From positions 102,244 through 166,243 of the forward strand of contig OZ257140.1 of NCBI GenBank assembly GCA_965279165.1: a DNA stretch of 64,000 nucleotides. The letters are read 5' to 3'. The position numbers and the translations under genes are program-made. Positions 49,089 through 59,796 of the stretch are shown here, piece after piece. The stretch comes from Bacteroidia bacterium (GTDB lineage: Bacteria > Bacteroidota > Bacteroidia > UKL13-3). Every line of letters starts with the position of its first letter. The first letter of the stretch is position 1. A model generated the notes under the pieces. The model made no database searches, had not been told where the DNA came from, and worked only from the letters and a program-made list of their open reading frames with translations.

Positions 49089-50480
49089 GTGAATACACTT
49101 ATTTACACATCGATACTTGGCCTTTTATGCATGATAGCAGAGGTTTTAAATCTTAGAAAATTACTGGTTCCTCTTTTGGTCGTTGGATTATCGGCAATTT
49201 TTTACATTAATTTAACTGAGTGGGGGCATCAGGGTGAGGTAATGGTTGGTGGCATCAGCATGTCGCACATGATGCATGTGGATCATTATTCGGTGGCATT
49301 CGGCGCCTTTTCTATATTTATTACGATGCTGATATTGTTGTTATCACCCGAATATTATAAAAACGAACCTTATCATCTAAGCGATTACCTTGCTATCTTG
49401 ATTTTTATCCTTTGTGGAACTTTGGTATTGTTCTCCTTCAGCAATATGGCTATGATGTTCCTTGGTATCGAAATCGTATCCATCTCCCTTTATATTATGG
49501 CGGGAAGTCGCCGATTTGATGTTCGCTCCAACGAAGCAGGTTTTAAATATTTTATCATGGGCTCGTTTGCTTCGGGAATTTTATTGTTTGGTATAGCCTT
49601 GGTTTATGGAGCAACCGGTTCATTCGAAATCGTCAAAATTGCAAACTATGCGATGAATAGCGATATCAGTCCTATGTTTCAAATTGGCTGCCTCATGGTT
49701 ATCATGGCGCTTTTATTTAAAGTAGCTGCAGTTCCTTTTCATTTCTGGAGTCCCGATGTTTACGAGGGATCGCCTGCGTTGGTAACAGCAATGATGTCGA
49801 CATTGGTTAAAGTAAGCATGTTTGCTACATTTTATCGTTTAATGAGCATTGGTTTCTTTGGCGTTTATAATTATACTACCCCAATTTTAGTCATCGTGGC
49901 CGGAGCAACAATTGTGCTAGGAAATCTTACTGCATTGTTCCAAACCAATTTCAAACGTCTACTTGCCTATTCAGGTATCGCACACGCGGGATATATGTTA
50001 ATGGCAATTTTAAGTGTTCCTTCAAATGCCGCTTCTTCTTTACTTTATTATGGTACCGCTTATGCAATTGCTTCTATCGGTGTTTTTGCTGTTGCAATCC
50101 CTGTATTTTTAATACAGAAAGATGAAACTATCGATGCATTTAACGGATTAGGAAAAAAGAACCCATTGCTTGCAGGAATTTTAACCATGTGTATGCTTTC
50201 CTTATCCGGAATTCCTCCTTTTGCCGGTTTCCTTGCTAAATATTATATATTCTCAGAAGCTTTTCAGAATGGATTTATCACGTTGACAGTAATTGCAATT
50301 ATTACTTCCATCATTGCCGTTTATTATTACTTTAAAATTATCCTGGCAATGTATACCCGTGAACCCAACCAAAACGAAATAAAACCATCGTTGATGTATT
50401 GGTTGGTTATTGTGATTTGTGTTGTTTTAAGTTTGGTGCTGGGTATTTTTCCGGGTGCTTTAACCGGCTTACTGTATTAA
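49089..50480 (+). CDS. nuoN: NADH-quinone oxidoreductase subunit N
   Basis: 463-aa antiporter-like subunit of the ND2 family. Last gene of the cluster. Confidence 0.9.
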   Translation: MNTLIYTSILGLLCMIAEVLNLRKLLVPLLVVGLSAIFYINLTEWGHQGEVMVGGISMSHMMHVDHYSVAFGAFSIFITMLILLLSPEYYKNEPYHLSDYLAILIFILCGTLVLFSFSNMAMMFLGIEIVSISLYIMAGSRRFDVRSNEAGFKYFIMGSFASGILLFGIALVYGATGSFEIVKIANYAMNSDISPMFQIGCLMVIMALLFKVAAVPFHFWSPDVYEGSPALVTAMMSTLVKVSMFATFYRLMSIGFFGVYNYTTPILVIVAGATIVLGNLTALFQTNFKRLLAYSGIAHAGYMLMAILSVPSNAASSLLYYGTAYAIASIGVFAVAIPVFLIQKDETIDAFNGLGKKNPLLAGILTMCMLSLSGIPPFAGFLAKYYIFSEAFQNGFITLTVIAIITSIIAVYYYFKIILAMYTREPNQNEIKPSLMYWLVIVICVVLSLVLGIFPGALTGLLY

Positions 50481-50501
50481 TATATCAAGGAGGTAATCGC
50501 T

Positions 50502-50984
50502 TTAGTCCGAAATCACCACGCCAAATTGTTCCAAATGGTGTTTCACATGTTTATAGTGAAACTGAAGCCATTCTTCATAATTCAGGTTTCCAAAAATATT
50601 ATGTGTTTGGGTAAATCCACTATCCTCTCCTTTAAATAAGTCAATAAACAAGTCCACATCACGCTGTAATTCTTTTAAAGAATTTTCGATAGAATTGTTT
50701 CTTCTTACTTTAAACGCATCGGTAAATATCGGATTGTTAAAATTGCGTTGCAATGGCCGGTCGTTCATTAAACCGATTTGTTTTACCCGATCGATTTTAT
50801 CGGCGGGTGTGGTTAAAGGCATTTGCAAATTACCATTGGATGCCTTAAAAGGCAGAGCCAGGTGTTCAATCATTTGCCAAACCGACATGGTTCCCCAATC
50901 CGGTTTTCTATCTTCAGGGATTGATTGCAGAAGGGAAACTAATTTGTGTGTTAGAAACTCCTCAATAAAATCTACTGATTTCAT
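50502..50984 (-). CDS. DinB/YfiT-like (DUF1569-type) four-helix-bundle protein
   Basis: 160 aa with a His-rich C-terminus (HYKHVKHHLEQFG), typical of the DinB_2 family. Tentative. Confidence 0.4.
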   Translation of the reverse strand: MKSVDFIEEFLTHKLVSLLQSIPEDRKPDWGTMSVWQMIEHLALPFKASNGNLQMPLTTPADKIDRVKQIGLMNDRPLQRNFNNPIFTDAFKVRRNNSIENSLKELQRDVDLFIDLFKGEDSGFTQTHNIFGNLNYEEWLQFHYKHVKHHLEQFGVVISD

Positions 50985-50985
50985 A

Positions 50986-52668
50986 TTAATGCTGGTTTAA
51001 AGGTAATGTTTGCACACTTTTTGCAAATAAAACAGAAACTGAATATATGGAAGATTTCCATTTTTTAGGTGTTTTTGTTTTAAACCTAAATACGCCGGGT
51101 TGTTTCACCCTATTTCGTTCTGCATACAAAATTTTACCTGACTGGTCGAGAAACTGAACTTCGTATTTTTGAGGTGAATGACAATAAACAGTAAGGTGTA
51201 CTTGGTTGTCGGAAAGCAAACGAATATCCAATAAACGGTCTGAGTTTAAACTTACCGAAGTATCCCCTCCAAGGATTTTAAGTGCGAGAAGTCCGTCCGG
51301 AATGCCAAAACCAATGTATTTATCCGGATCATAATATTGATTAGAAGCCAACCTTAATGCATCTGCAATTTGCAAGTTGCTTTTTTCGGGCGTTGCCTGT
51401 AACAAGCATGCTGCTAAACCGGCAACCAATGGACAAGCATACGAAGTTCCATTTCCATGGTAAACAATACCATCTTCCGATACCACATAAACTTCTTCTG
51501 CCAAGGCAGCAAAATCGGGCTTTACACGCTTATCTGCAGTTGGTCCCACCGAACTAAACAAGGCCGGATTAGATTTGCTATCCACTCCACCTACTGTAAA
51601 TACTTCTTTTACATCTGCCGGTGTAACAATTTTACGCCAGTCTTTATCGCCCTCATTACCCGAACTATTAATTACCATGATCCCTTTATCAGAAGCTAAC
51701 TTTGCTCCTCTCGCCACAAAAGTGGTTTTGCCATCCATTTCTTTTATACGATGGTTTTGCGTCATGTCGTCAAATTCATTGTAACCCAACGAAGATTGTA
51801 TGATATCCACTCCAATACTATCGGCATATTCTGCTGCTAAAATCCACGTAATCTCTTCCAACAACATTTCGTTTGATTCATCTTCTGTACGCAATAAAAT
51901 ATACCCGGCATCATACGACGAACCTATTAAAGTATTGGGCTGGTATGCTGCCATACAAGATAAGACAGCAGTTCCGTGGGCATCATCATCGTATACATTT
52001 ATACCTGACGAAATAAAGTCGCGGGTTAATAGAATACGTTTCTTTAAAAACAAATTTCTAAACACCGGGTTTCTGGGTAAATTTCTAAACCCTGCATCCA
52101 TTACTGCAATCAATACATCTTTGCCTGTATACCCTTGCCGATGCAAAGAAGGAATATTTAACTGATTCAACTGCAGTTCAGATTTTCCATAAAATCCTTT
52201 GCTTCCGAAGCTGTCAGTTTCGAGATTAACCTTGCCTTCAAGGGTACTTATCAATTCATTTAAATCCTTAACAGATTCTTCCTTCCGTAGCACCTTTTGT
52301 TGACCCAAATAGGTAATTCGTTTTAATCCTACCAATTTTCGGATGGAATCGATTTCCTGTTTGGACTTGCATTTAATAACAGCTGCATTCAACCACTTGG
52401 AAACACCTGAAACAACCAACTTCTTCTCTCCTACTTGTTGCAAATAGGAAGCAGAAACCGGTATGTCGGAAAAACCAACCGGTATTTGGTATTTAATTCT
52501 ACGAGCAATGGATTTTTCGGAAAGAAATAGGTTTGGAGAGGTGGTCTTAAACCGACTTGTATCTTTGTTATTCCATTCAGCCAAAAAGTAATGGTTTTTC
52601 TGTTGCGCACCTGCATAAAACATGTTACTTAACAAGATAAAACCAAATAAGGATTTAAGGTGCCACAT
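50986..52668 (-). CDS. S8 family (subtilisin-like) serine peptidase, secreted
   Basis: Catalytic triad contexts AVMDAGF (Asp), HGTAVLS (His) and GTSYACPLVAG (Ser), plus a signal peptide. Confidence 0.8.
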   Translation of the reverse strand: MWHLKSLFGFILLSNMFYAGAQQKNHYFLAEWNNKDTSRFKTTSPNLFLSEKSIARRIKYQIPVGFSDIPVSASYLQQVGEKKLVVSGVSKWLNAAVIKCKSKQEIDSIRKLVGLKRITYLGQQKVLRKEESVKDLNELISTLEGKVNLETDSFGSKGFYGKSELQLNQLNIPSLHRQGYTGKDVLIAVMDAGFRNLPRNPVFRNLFLKKRILLTRDFISSGINVYDDDAHGTAVLSCMAAYQPNTLIGSSYDAGYILLRTEDESNEMLLEEITWILAAEYADSIGVDIIQSSLGYNEFDDMTQNHRIKEMDGKTTFVARGAKLASDKGIMVINSSGNEGDKDWRKIVTPADVKEVFTVGGVDSKSNPALFSSVGPTADKRVKPDFAALAEEVYVVSEDGIVYHGNGTSYACPLVAGLAACLLQATPEKSNLQIADALRLASNQYYDPDKYIGFGIPDGLLALKILGGDTSVSLNSDRLLDIRLLSDNQVHLTVYCHSPQKYEVQFLDQSGKILYAERNRVKQPGVFRFKTKTPKKWKSSIYSVSVLFAKSVQTLPLNQH

Positions 52669-52677
52669 ACCCGTTTG

Positions 52678-53778
52678 TTAAAGCTCAAAACTTTTTTCAA
52701 TCCAACCGCCACCAATCACATCATTGCCTTCGTAAAACACAGCGGATTGCCCCGGTGCTATTGCCTTAACGTGGGAATTAAATATAACTTTCATTCTGTT
52801 ATCTTCTTGTTCGATGATAGATAAGGCTCCCGAATCTTTGTAGCGAATTTTTGTTGTTGCTTCCATTGTAGAGGTTAATTGTGCATACTTTCCTAAATTA
52901 ATCCCCCTAACCCACATGCCGTTTCTTGATAAATCTGTTTCCTTTCCCAGAATTACCCGATTGGATTCAGGTTGGATTTCAACCACATACAAAGGTTCAC
53001 CAACCGCAATTTCCAAACCTTTTCGCTGTCCTACCGTATAAAATGGATAACCCCTATGTTTGCCTAAAACTTCACCGGAAGTGGTTACAAATTCACCACC
53101 TTCTACCCTTTCTTCCAATCCATCTACTCTTCTTTTCAGAAAACCGCGGTAATCGTTATCAGGCACAAAACATATTTCGTAACTCTCGCTTTTTTTTGCA
53201 AGTTCTTCATACCCCATATCTATTGCCATCTGACGTATTTCTGTTTTCCTGAATTGGCCTAATGGGAAACGGGTATGTTGCAAACTTTCTTGTGTTAATC
53301 CCCATAAAACATACGACTGGTCTTTGTTTTCATCCAGTCCTTTGGAAACCACGAACCGATTGTTTTCGTTGCGAACTTGGGCATAATGTCCGGTAGCAAT
53401 AAACTCGCAATCCAATTGATTGGCACGCTTTAAAAGTGCTTCCCATTTAATATGGGTATTGCACAATACGCAAGGATTTGGCGTTCGGCCGGCAAGATAT
53501 TCTTCTACAAAATTATCGATAACAAAATCCCCAAATTCATCTCGAATATCCAAAATCATGTGGTGAATACCATGCTGAACTGCGATGGATCTTGCATCGT
53601 TGATAGAGTCGAGACTGCAGCAGCCTGTTTCTTTTTTACTCCCACCGGAGGTAGCATAATCCCATGTTTTCATGGTTATCCCAACAACTTCATATCCTTC
53701 TTCACGTAACATAACAGCAGTAACTGTGCTGTCGAGGCCGCCACTCATGGCAACCAGTATTTTTCCTTTTTTACTCAT
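52678..53778 (-). CDS. mnmA: tRNA 2-thiouridine(34) synthase MnmA
   Basis: PP-loop motif VAMSGGLDSTV and MnmA family C-terminal region. 366 aa. Confidence 0.9.
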   Translation of the reverse strand: MSKKGKILVAMSGGLDSTVTAVMLREEGYEVVGITMKTWDYATSGGSKKETGCCSLDSINDARSIAVQHGIHHMILDIRDEFGDFVIDNFVEEYLAGRTPNPCVLCNTHIKWEALLKRANQLDCEFIATGHYAQVRNENNRFVVSKGLDENKDQSYVLWGLTQESLQHTRFPLGQFRKTEIRQMAIDMGYEELAKKSESYEICFVPDNDYRGFLKRRVDGLEERVEGGEFVTTSGEVLGKHRGYPFYTVGQRKGLEIAVGEPLYVVEIQPESNRVILGKETDLSRNGMWVRGINLGKYAQLTSTMEATTKIRYKDSGALSIIEQEDNRMKVIFNSHVKAIAPGQSAVFYEGNDVIGGGWIEKSFEL

Positions 53779-53864
53779 GTTTCAAAACATTACAGGGTTA
53801 ATAGTCCTGGTGATTGAATAATTTAATTGGCTGCAAATATACCTGATTTTCCTCAGAAGTGAAA

Positions 53865-54422
53865 TCAGTCCTTGGATTTTGGAATTGCAGCAACCTCCTC
53901 CTTTTTGTTATAGGTTAATAATTTTGCTGCTATAAAAACAATGAAAATACTAAACATGATTGAATAGAATCCTATCACAAAATTGATATTTCGGATTTGG
54001 AATAGATTAAAATAAATAACTGCACCAAATCCAAGTGATAGAGCAGCATTGATATGTATAAAAATACGCATTGTTTTTTGTTTGAAGGCTACTATTACCA
54101 TTGCTATTCCAATTGTAAACGCCCAAAAGGCCATAAAATTCTGGTAATACACTTCTGCCTTGTTGTTTTCTACAATTAGAAAGTAGGCAATGACAAGATC
54201 AACCAAACTAATAATAAAAAGCCATATCCAGTTTGGTATTGATTTTCTCAATACAATTGAAATTCCTGCTTGTACCACTCCAACTCCAACAAACATTAAT
54301 CCTAAATAGTAAAGCAAAGTACGGACATCCATATATGTTGATGTAACCGCTATAAAACCAAATAAGCCAAACAACAAACCACGTACGCCAATCACCCACC
54401 AGTATTTTTTGAATCGTTCCAT
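53865..54422 (-). CDS. HdeD/DUF308-like small polytopic membrane protein
   Basis: 185 aa made of repeated GxxxG-type TM hairpins. Family tentative. Confidence 0.35.
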   Translation of the reverse strand: MERFKKYWWVIGVRGLLFGLFGFIAVTSTYMDVRTLLYYLGLMFVGVGVVQAGISIVLRKSIPNWIWLFIISLVDLVIAYFLIVENNKAEVYYQNFMAFWAFTIGIAMVIVAFKQKTMRIFIHINAALSLGFGAVIYFNLFQIRNINFVIGFYSIMFSIFIVFIAAKLLTYNKKEEVAAIPKSKD

Positions 54423-54511
54423 TTTTTTGTAAATTAAATTTTAGGAAAAGATAGATAATACCCGTTAATAACTATAATAATTTTAAACTGTAGTTTTGTA
54501 TATTTGACCTG

Positions 54512-55123
54512 ATGTTATCCAAAATAACCACAACAATCCTTGTATTATTGTTTCATTTTCAGGTGTCTGGACAGCTATCAAAATCCGGAAAAGAGTTTAA
54601 TCTACCCGAAACCCGTTCCATATTCAAAATAAATATTTTGAGTCCGATATATGGTTCCTTATCCTTTGCATATGAAAAACCGATTGACCGTCATTCGAGC
54701 AACCAGTTTGGTATCTTCTTTTTTACCGGTCAAGTTGCAGGAACGGTAATACCGGCGGGCGGGTTTGGCTTAACTTATGATTATCGTTTTTATATGAAAA
54801 ATGAGAATCAGACAGGATTATACGTTCAACCTTTTTTTCGGTACCAGTATTTTTATGCAAAAGAAGGAGTTAATACATCTAGCGGAATCAGCTCAGCCAC
54901 AATCAACGATGAAACCAGTGTTAATGTTTGGGGTACAGGATTGTTATTTGGTAAACAATGGAAGTTCTATAAGTTTATTTATCTAGATTTGTTTTTCGGA
55001 CCAATGTATAATTATAACGAAGTAAATTCATCCGGTACAACTTTAAAACCAAAGGATTTAACCCCTTTATTATGGGGTTACTGGTATCGTTCGGGATTTA
55101 CCATTGGCTTTAATTTTAAGTAA
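54512..55123 (+). CDS. Small outer-membrane beta-barrel protein (DUF3575-like?), tandem paralogue 1
   Basis: Signal peptide and alternating aromatic pattern. Shares the NILSP(I/F)Y...S(L/V)(S/F) N-terminal motif with the next gene. Confidence 0.35.
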   Translation: MLSKITTTILVLLFHFQVSGQLSKSGKEFNLPETRSIFKINILSPIYGSLSFAYEKPIDRHSSNQFGIFFFTGQVAGTVIPAGGFGLTYDYRFYMKNENQTGLYVQPFFRYQYFYAKEGVNTSSGISSATINDETSVNVWGTGLLFGKQWKFYKFIYLDLFFGPMYNYNEVNSSGTTLKPKDLTPLLWGYWYRSGFTIGFNFK

Positions 55124-55132
55124 ACAAGCATC

Positions 55133-55855
55133 ATGAAAAAACATATTATTCTACTCTTATTCGTCTTTGCCATTTCATACGAAATGATGGCTCAAAACGA
55201 CTCGAGCCAAAAGCCAACAAATCCTGCTAGCATGTACAATGCTCCATCACAAAAAAAGCCGGTTAAGTATATGCCTGATACTAAAAACACCATTAAACTA
55301 AATATTTTAAGTCCATTTTATAGCAACCTGAGTGTTTTTTACCAACACGCCATGAGCGGCGATTATAGTTTACAAATAGGTGCATCCTATATGGACTTTA
55401 GTGGTTTATTTGGCAACTCGAGTAGTAGCAGTCAGGATTATGGCGAAAGGACCAATGAAGTAACTACCATGTATTCGGTAACACCCGAATTCAGGTATAA
55501 CCTTACGGGTCAATATCTTTCAGGAGCCTATTTCGGAAGTTTTGCTCGGTACATGCAAATGCAATATGAATTTGATGAATCTGTTTATGATCCAATTACA
55601 TATACCTATCAAAATACCCAACATTTTAAATACAATTATACCACACTTGGCATCGGGGTTTTAATTGGTAACCAGATTTTATATAAACGTAGAATTACCA
55701 TAGACGTGTATGCAGGTCCGGTTTATAATATTTTAATTCAAAGCAGCAACTCGGTTACCAGCAATAACGATTTAGTTAAAAGCGATGATATTCCAGGCTT
55801 GTTTATCAGGGGATATGGAATAAGAGCGGGATTCAGTGTAGGATTTGCCTTTTAA
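55133..55855 (+). CDS. Small outer-membrane beta-barrel protein, tandem paralogue 2
   Basis: Signal peptide and a shared motif block with the previous gene. Ends in an aromatic residue (GFAF). Confidence 0.35.
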   Translation: MKKHIILLLFVFAISYEMMAQNDSSQKPTNPASMYNAPSQKKPVKYMPDTKNTIKLNILSPFYSNLSVFYQHAMSGDYSLQIGASYMDFSGLFGNSSSSSQDYGERTNEVTTMYSVTPEFRYNLTGQYLSGAYFGSFARYMQMQYEFDESVYDPITYTYQNTQHFKYNYTTLGIGVLIGNQILYKRRITIDVYAGPVYNILIQSSNSVTSNNDLVKSDDIPGLFIRGYGIRAGFSVGFAF

Positions 55856-55856
55856 A

Positions 55857-56828
55857 TTATTCCGGTCGGCCTATCATTTGTTTGATATTTAATTCATTTA
55901 ATTCTTCAGAAACCTGTTGTTTTCTGCTTGAATCCGAATTGTTGTAAGGGAGAATAATATTTAAATCGGGTTGACCTGCATCGACCCATGCGGTAAACCA
56001 CAAACAGCCAACAAGCGTTATGGCTAAACGCATCCTTCTTTCAACCATACCTGATAAGTTATGGTGATACTTTTCTGCATACTCCTTTGCATAAACTTTT
56101 AATTTGCTGTTCCCTTTTGTTTCTAATTGATAGATTTTGTCTGACGGAAATTCGGATTGTAATTTCTTTTCCATCCATAAAACAGAATCTTTGGCCTGAA
56201 AACTTCCACTACAAGCTTTCCAAATTTCTTCCTGTGTATGGTTTATGTAGTATGCCCTACCTGTATATAAATCATACTGGTTACCAAACAATTCAGGTAA
56301 TCTGGATTCCCACAAACCGTGAATTCCTTTTTGCCCGGTGAGTTGACCATTGTAATTCATAGTTGCATGCAAGGGCACACAGGCATCGGCAATATAATGT
56401 CCAATATCCGCTGAAACATGGAGGATACGTTCCGAATCTTTCGCCAAAAAAGCTTCCGTTAATCGGTATAGCATTTTTTGAATATGCCAAGGAACAATGC
56501 CATATTCTTTTAAAGTGTCTTCTGAAAACTTGGCAACAGCTTCTTTCCAATACACGGGTACGGTATCTATGGGCATTGCTTTTTCATAATAATCTAGGTC
56601 GATATAATGTCGGCATGCTTCAGCTGTATCTGAATACCTGCGTTTATCGGGATCTACAGCATGTTCTGTAAGGTAATCTATGTGAAATTTATAGAACCCC
56701 ATCATTTCTTCAGGCAATGTAAATACCGCAATCCGGTTGATTACTCGATGACCAAAGAAACCCCAAGAATATCCTGTAAGAAAAGAAAGAGAAAGCAGAG
56801 CAAAGGCCAGTATATGTTTATTGAACAT
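55857..56828 (-). CDS. S1/P1 nuclease-like (zinc-dependent phospholipase C/nuclease superfamily) secreted protein
   Basis: Mature N-terminus WGFFGH resembles the S1/P1 WGxxGH zinc ligand block. HYIDLD resembles the H[FY][IV]D block. Confidence 0.45.
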   Translation of the reverse strand: MFNKHILAFALLSLSFLTGYSWGFFGHRVINRIAVFTLPEEMMGFYKFHIDYLTEHAVDPDKRRYSDTAEACRHYIDLDYYEKAMPIDTVPVYWKEAVAKFSEDTLKEYGIVPWHIQKMLYRLTEAFLAKDSERILHVSADIGHYIADACVPLHATMNYNGQLTGQKGIHGLWESRLPELFGNQYDLYTGRAYYINHTQEEIWKACSGSFQAKDSVLWMEKKLQSEFPSDKIYQLETKGNSKLKVYAKEYAEKYHHNLSGMVERRMRLAITLVGCLWFTAWVDAGQPDLNIILPYNNSDSSRKQQVSEELNELNIKQMIGRPE

Positions 56829-56927
56829 GGATAAAAATACCGTTTAAATAATTCGGTGTAACATTAAATAAAGATATAACTTTTTAATCAAAAAAACAGC
56901 AACTTTGGGGCATATCAAAATTTTAAC

Positions 56928-58697
56928 ATGAAGCAGTTTTTTAAATTTGTTTTTGCCAGTATGGTTGGATTTATCATCGCATCTATACTCCTGGTGGCTA
57001 TTGTTACCGGTATTTTCGCAGCTTTTATTAACGGTATGTCGGATAAAACGGTGGAAATGAAAGATAATTCGATACTCGAATTGAATTTTAATTATCAAAT
57101 TCCGGAAAGGGAATACAGCAATTTCTGGGACGAATTATCCGGTTTGGAAGATGGAAATAGCGGAACGGATGGCCTGAAAGAAATTTTGCAGGCTATTTCA
57201 TCGGCTGCTAGCGATAAAAGAATTAAAGGGATTTATTTGCACGCATCCTATTCTCCTAACAGTTATGCAACGCTAGAGGAGATTAGAAACGCTTTGTTAG
57301 AATTTAAGAAATCGAAAAAGTTTATCATCGCATATGGAGAGATGATGGAAGAGCATGCATATTATTTGGCAAGCGTTGCCGATAAAATATACCTAAACCC
57401 TACCGGCGATATGTTATTTAATGGATTTAGTTACTCGTCGGTTTATATTAAAGGAATGCTCGATAAACTTGGTGTAGAAGCACAATTAATTCGACACGGA
57501 AAATTTAAAGCTGCAGGTGAACCTTTGGTTGCAGAAAGTATGAGTGCCGAAAACAGAGAACAAATTAAAACATTTACCGGCTCGATATATTACCACTGCA
57601 TGGAACAAATTGCCAAAGCACGTAAAAAATCCTTTGACGAAGTTTTGGACATATCGAATACCCTAAAAATCCAATCGGCAGCTGATGCAGTTAATTTAAA
57701 AATGATTGACGGCTTAAAATACCAGGATGAGGTTACTGCTGAATTGAAAAAGAAATCCGGCATTGGCGATAAAAAAGATTTGCATTTAACCCAGGTTAAC
57801 GAAGTAAACACTGCCAATGTCAAAGGTAATTATGGTGCCAAAAAGAAGATGGCAATCATTTATGCCAATGGTGATATAGTAAGTGGCAAAAGCGACGATG
57901 AATCCATGGGTTCGGAAACCATTTGTGAAGCATTGACAAAAGCCCGAAAAGATTCAACCATTAAAGTTGTTGTGCTTCGTATTAATTCGCCCGGAGGTAG
58001 TGCGCTTGCTTCTGATGTTATTTGGAGAGAAGTAGTTTTAACCAGAAAAGTAAAACCCGTTGTTGTTTCGATGGGTGCTTTGGCTGCTTCAGGGGGTTAT
58101 TATATTGCTGCGCCTGCCAATCGTATTTTTGCCGAACCAAATACAATTACCGGGTCGATTGGTGTTTTTGGTTTAACCATCAATGCACAAAAACTATTAA
58201 GAGATAAGCTTGGTTTACGCTTTGAAAAAGTAAATTTTGGTGAATATGCAGATATGGGTAGTCCGGATCGACCTATGACAGTAGCAGAAAGAGAAATTAT
58301 TCAGCGTATGATTGACCGAATCTATAACGACTTTATTTCGAGGGTTGCCGAAGGTAGAAAGTTAAGCCTTGCACAAGTAGATAGTATTGCACAAGGAAGG
58401 GTTTGGAGCGGAAAAGATGCTATATCAATCCATCTGGTTGACGAATTAGGCGGACTTGAAAAAGCAGTTGCATATGCAGCCAAAATAGGTGGTTTAGGTA
58501 AAGACTACCGCATTGTTAATTTACCTGAGCAAAAAGATCAGGTTGAAGAAATTCTTAAAAACATTTCAAAAAATGCATCGGTTTATCTTACCAAACAACA
58601 ACTTGGCGAAGAATACATGCATTATATGAATCTAAAAAAGGCATTGCGATACGAGGGTATTCAAGCAAGGATGATGTGGGTTGGGGAAATAAATTAA
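56928..58697 (+). CDS. sppA: Signal peptide peptidase SppA, 67K type
   Basis: 589 aa with two ClpP/crotonase-like S49 domains (GGSALASD...SMGALAASGGYYIA). Confidence 0.85.
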   Translation: MKQFFKFVFASMVGFIIASILLVAIVTGIFAAFINGMSDKTVEMKDNSILELNFNYQIPEREYSNFWDELSGLEDGNSGTDGLKEILQAISSAASDKRIKGIYLHASYSPNSYATLEEIRNALLEFKKSKKFIIAYGEMMEEHAYYLASVADKIYLNPTGDMLFNGFSYSSVYIKGMLDKLGVEAQLIRHGKFKAAGEPLVAESMSAENREQIKTFTGSIYYHCMEQIAKARKKSFDEVLDISNTLKIQSAADAVNLKMIDGLKYQDEVTAELKKKSGIGDKKDLHLTQVNEVNTANVKGNYGAKKKMAIIYANGDIVSGKSDDESMGSETICEALTKARKDSTIKVVVLRINSPGGSALASDVIWREVVLTRKVKPVVVSMGALAASGGYYIAAPANRIFAEPNTITGSIGVFGLTINAQKLLRDKLGLRFEKVNFGEYADMGSPDRPMTVAEREIIQRMIDRIYNDFISRVAEGRKLSLAQVDSIAQGRVWSGKDAISIHLVDELGGLEKAVAYAAKIGGLGKDYRIVNLPEQKDQVEEILKNISKNASVYLTKQQLGEEYMHYMNLKKALRYEGIQARMMWVGEIN

Positions 58698-58713
58698 ATT
58701 ATATAAAACACCC

Positions 58714-59715
58714 ATGAAGCATCCGATATTGCTGTTTATTCTGTTGTGTACTGTACCGGTATTTGCACAACAAACCATTAGTATTGCATTTTATAACCAG
58801 GAAAATTTATTCGATACCATCGACGATAAGCATAAAAACGACAATGAGTTTTTACCGGATGCAAAATTGGCATGGAACACCGAGAAATACTTGAACAAGC
58901 TCGATCATATGTCGCAAGTAATTCAATCGATGAACAATGGAGATGGTCCGGATATACTCGGAATGTGTGAAGTAGAAAACGATTTGGTATTGGCAGACCT
59001 CACAACCAAAACAAAATTAAAATCCTGCAAGTACCAATTTGTTCATCGCGAATCGCCCGACGAAAGAAGTATAGACAATGCCCTGCTGTTTAAAAGTAAA
59101 AAATTTAAATTGTTGGATGTGCGTCAATATGCTGTTAGCATCGATACAAATCCACATTTTAAGACAAGGGATATTTTATTGGTAAAACTTGAATTGAAGA
59201 ATAAAAGTAGTTTAATACTTCTGGTCAATCACTTTCCCTCTCGTTTGGGTGGACAGGAAAAAAGTGAACACAAACGCATTCGTGCAGCCCAGGTTTTGAA
59301 ACATATATTTGATAGCATACGCATTACAAACCCTAACCAGGCAGTTATTGCGATGGGCGACTTTAATGATGAGCCTTCTAACATCAGTATGGATTCGGTA
59401 TTACAAGCAAAACAAAATGCCGATAGCCAATTGTTTAATGCCATGTATGGTTTGCATTTACAAAAAAAGGGGTCGTTACAATACCGCAACAACTGGAACA
59501 TGTTAGATCAATTTATCTTGACTTCTAATTTGGTAAACTGTCAATCAACCTTATGTTATGAAAAAGAATCGGCAACAATTTACCAGCAACCTTGGATGCT
59601 TGAAACAGAAGAAAAATATAAGGGATCCCCAAAACGAACATTCGGCGGACAAAAATACCTGAATGGTTATAGCGATCATTTACCGGTTTTAATCCGATTG
59701 CAAACTTCCCGTTAA
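58714..59715 (+). CDS. Endonuclease/exonuclease/phosphatase (EEP) family protein, secreted
   Basis: Signal peptide. EEP motifs (FYNQENLFD N-terminal, GDFNDEP, C-terminal SDHLPV). Confidence 0.7.
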   Translation: MKHPILLFILLCTVPVFAQQTISIAFYNQENLFDTIDDKHKNDNEFLPDAKLAWNTEKYLNKLDHMSQVIQSMNNGDGPDILGMCEVENDLVLADLTTKTKLKSCKYQFVHRESPDERSIDNALLFKSKKFKLLDVRQYAVSIDTNPHFKTRDILLVKLELKNKSSLILLVNHFPSRLGGQEKSEHKRIRAAQVLKHIFDSIRITNPNQAVIAMGDFNDEPSNISMDSVLQAKQNADSQLFNAMYGLHLQKKGSLQYRNNWNMLDQFILTSNLVNCQSTLCYEKESATIYQQPWMLETEEKYKGSPKRTFGGQKYLNGYSDHLPVLIRLQTSR

Positions 59716-59796
59716 TCTATTTTTTTAAACAATTTATTTCCTACCAATGATAAAGGATATTAAATATGCTTTAACGAACCTATAATTGTATTAGCT

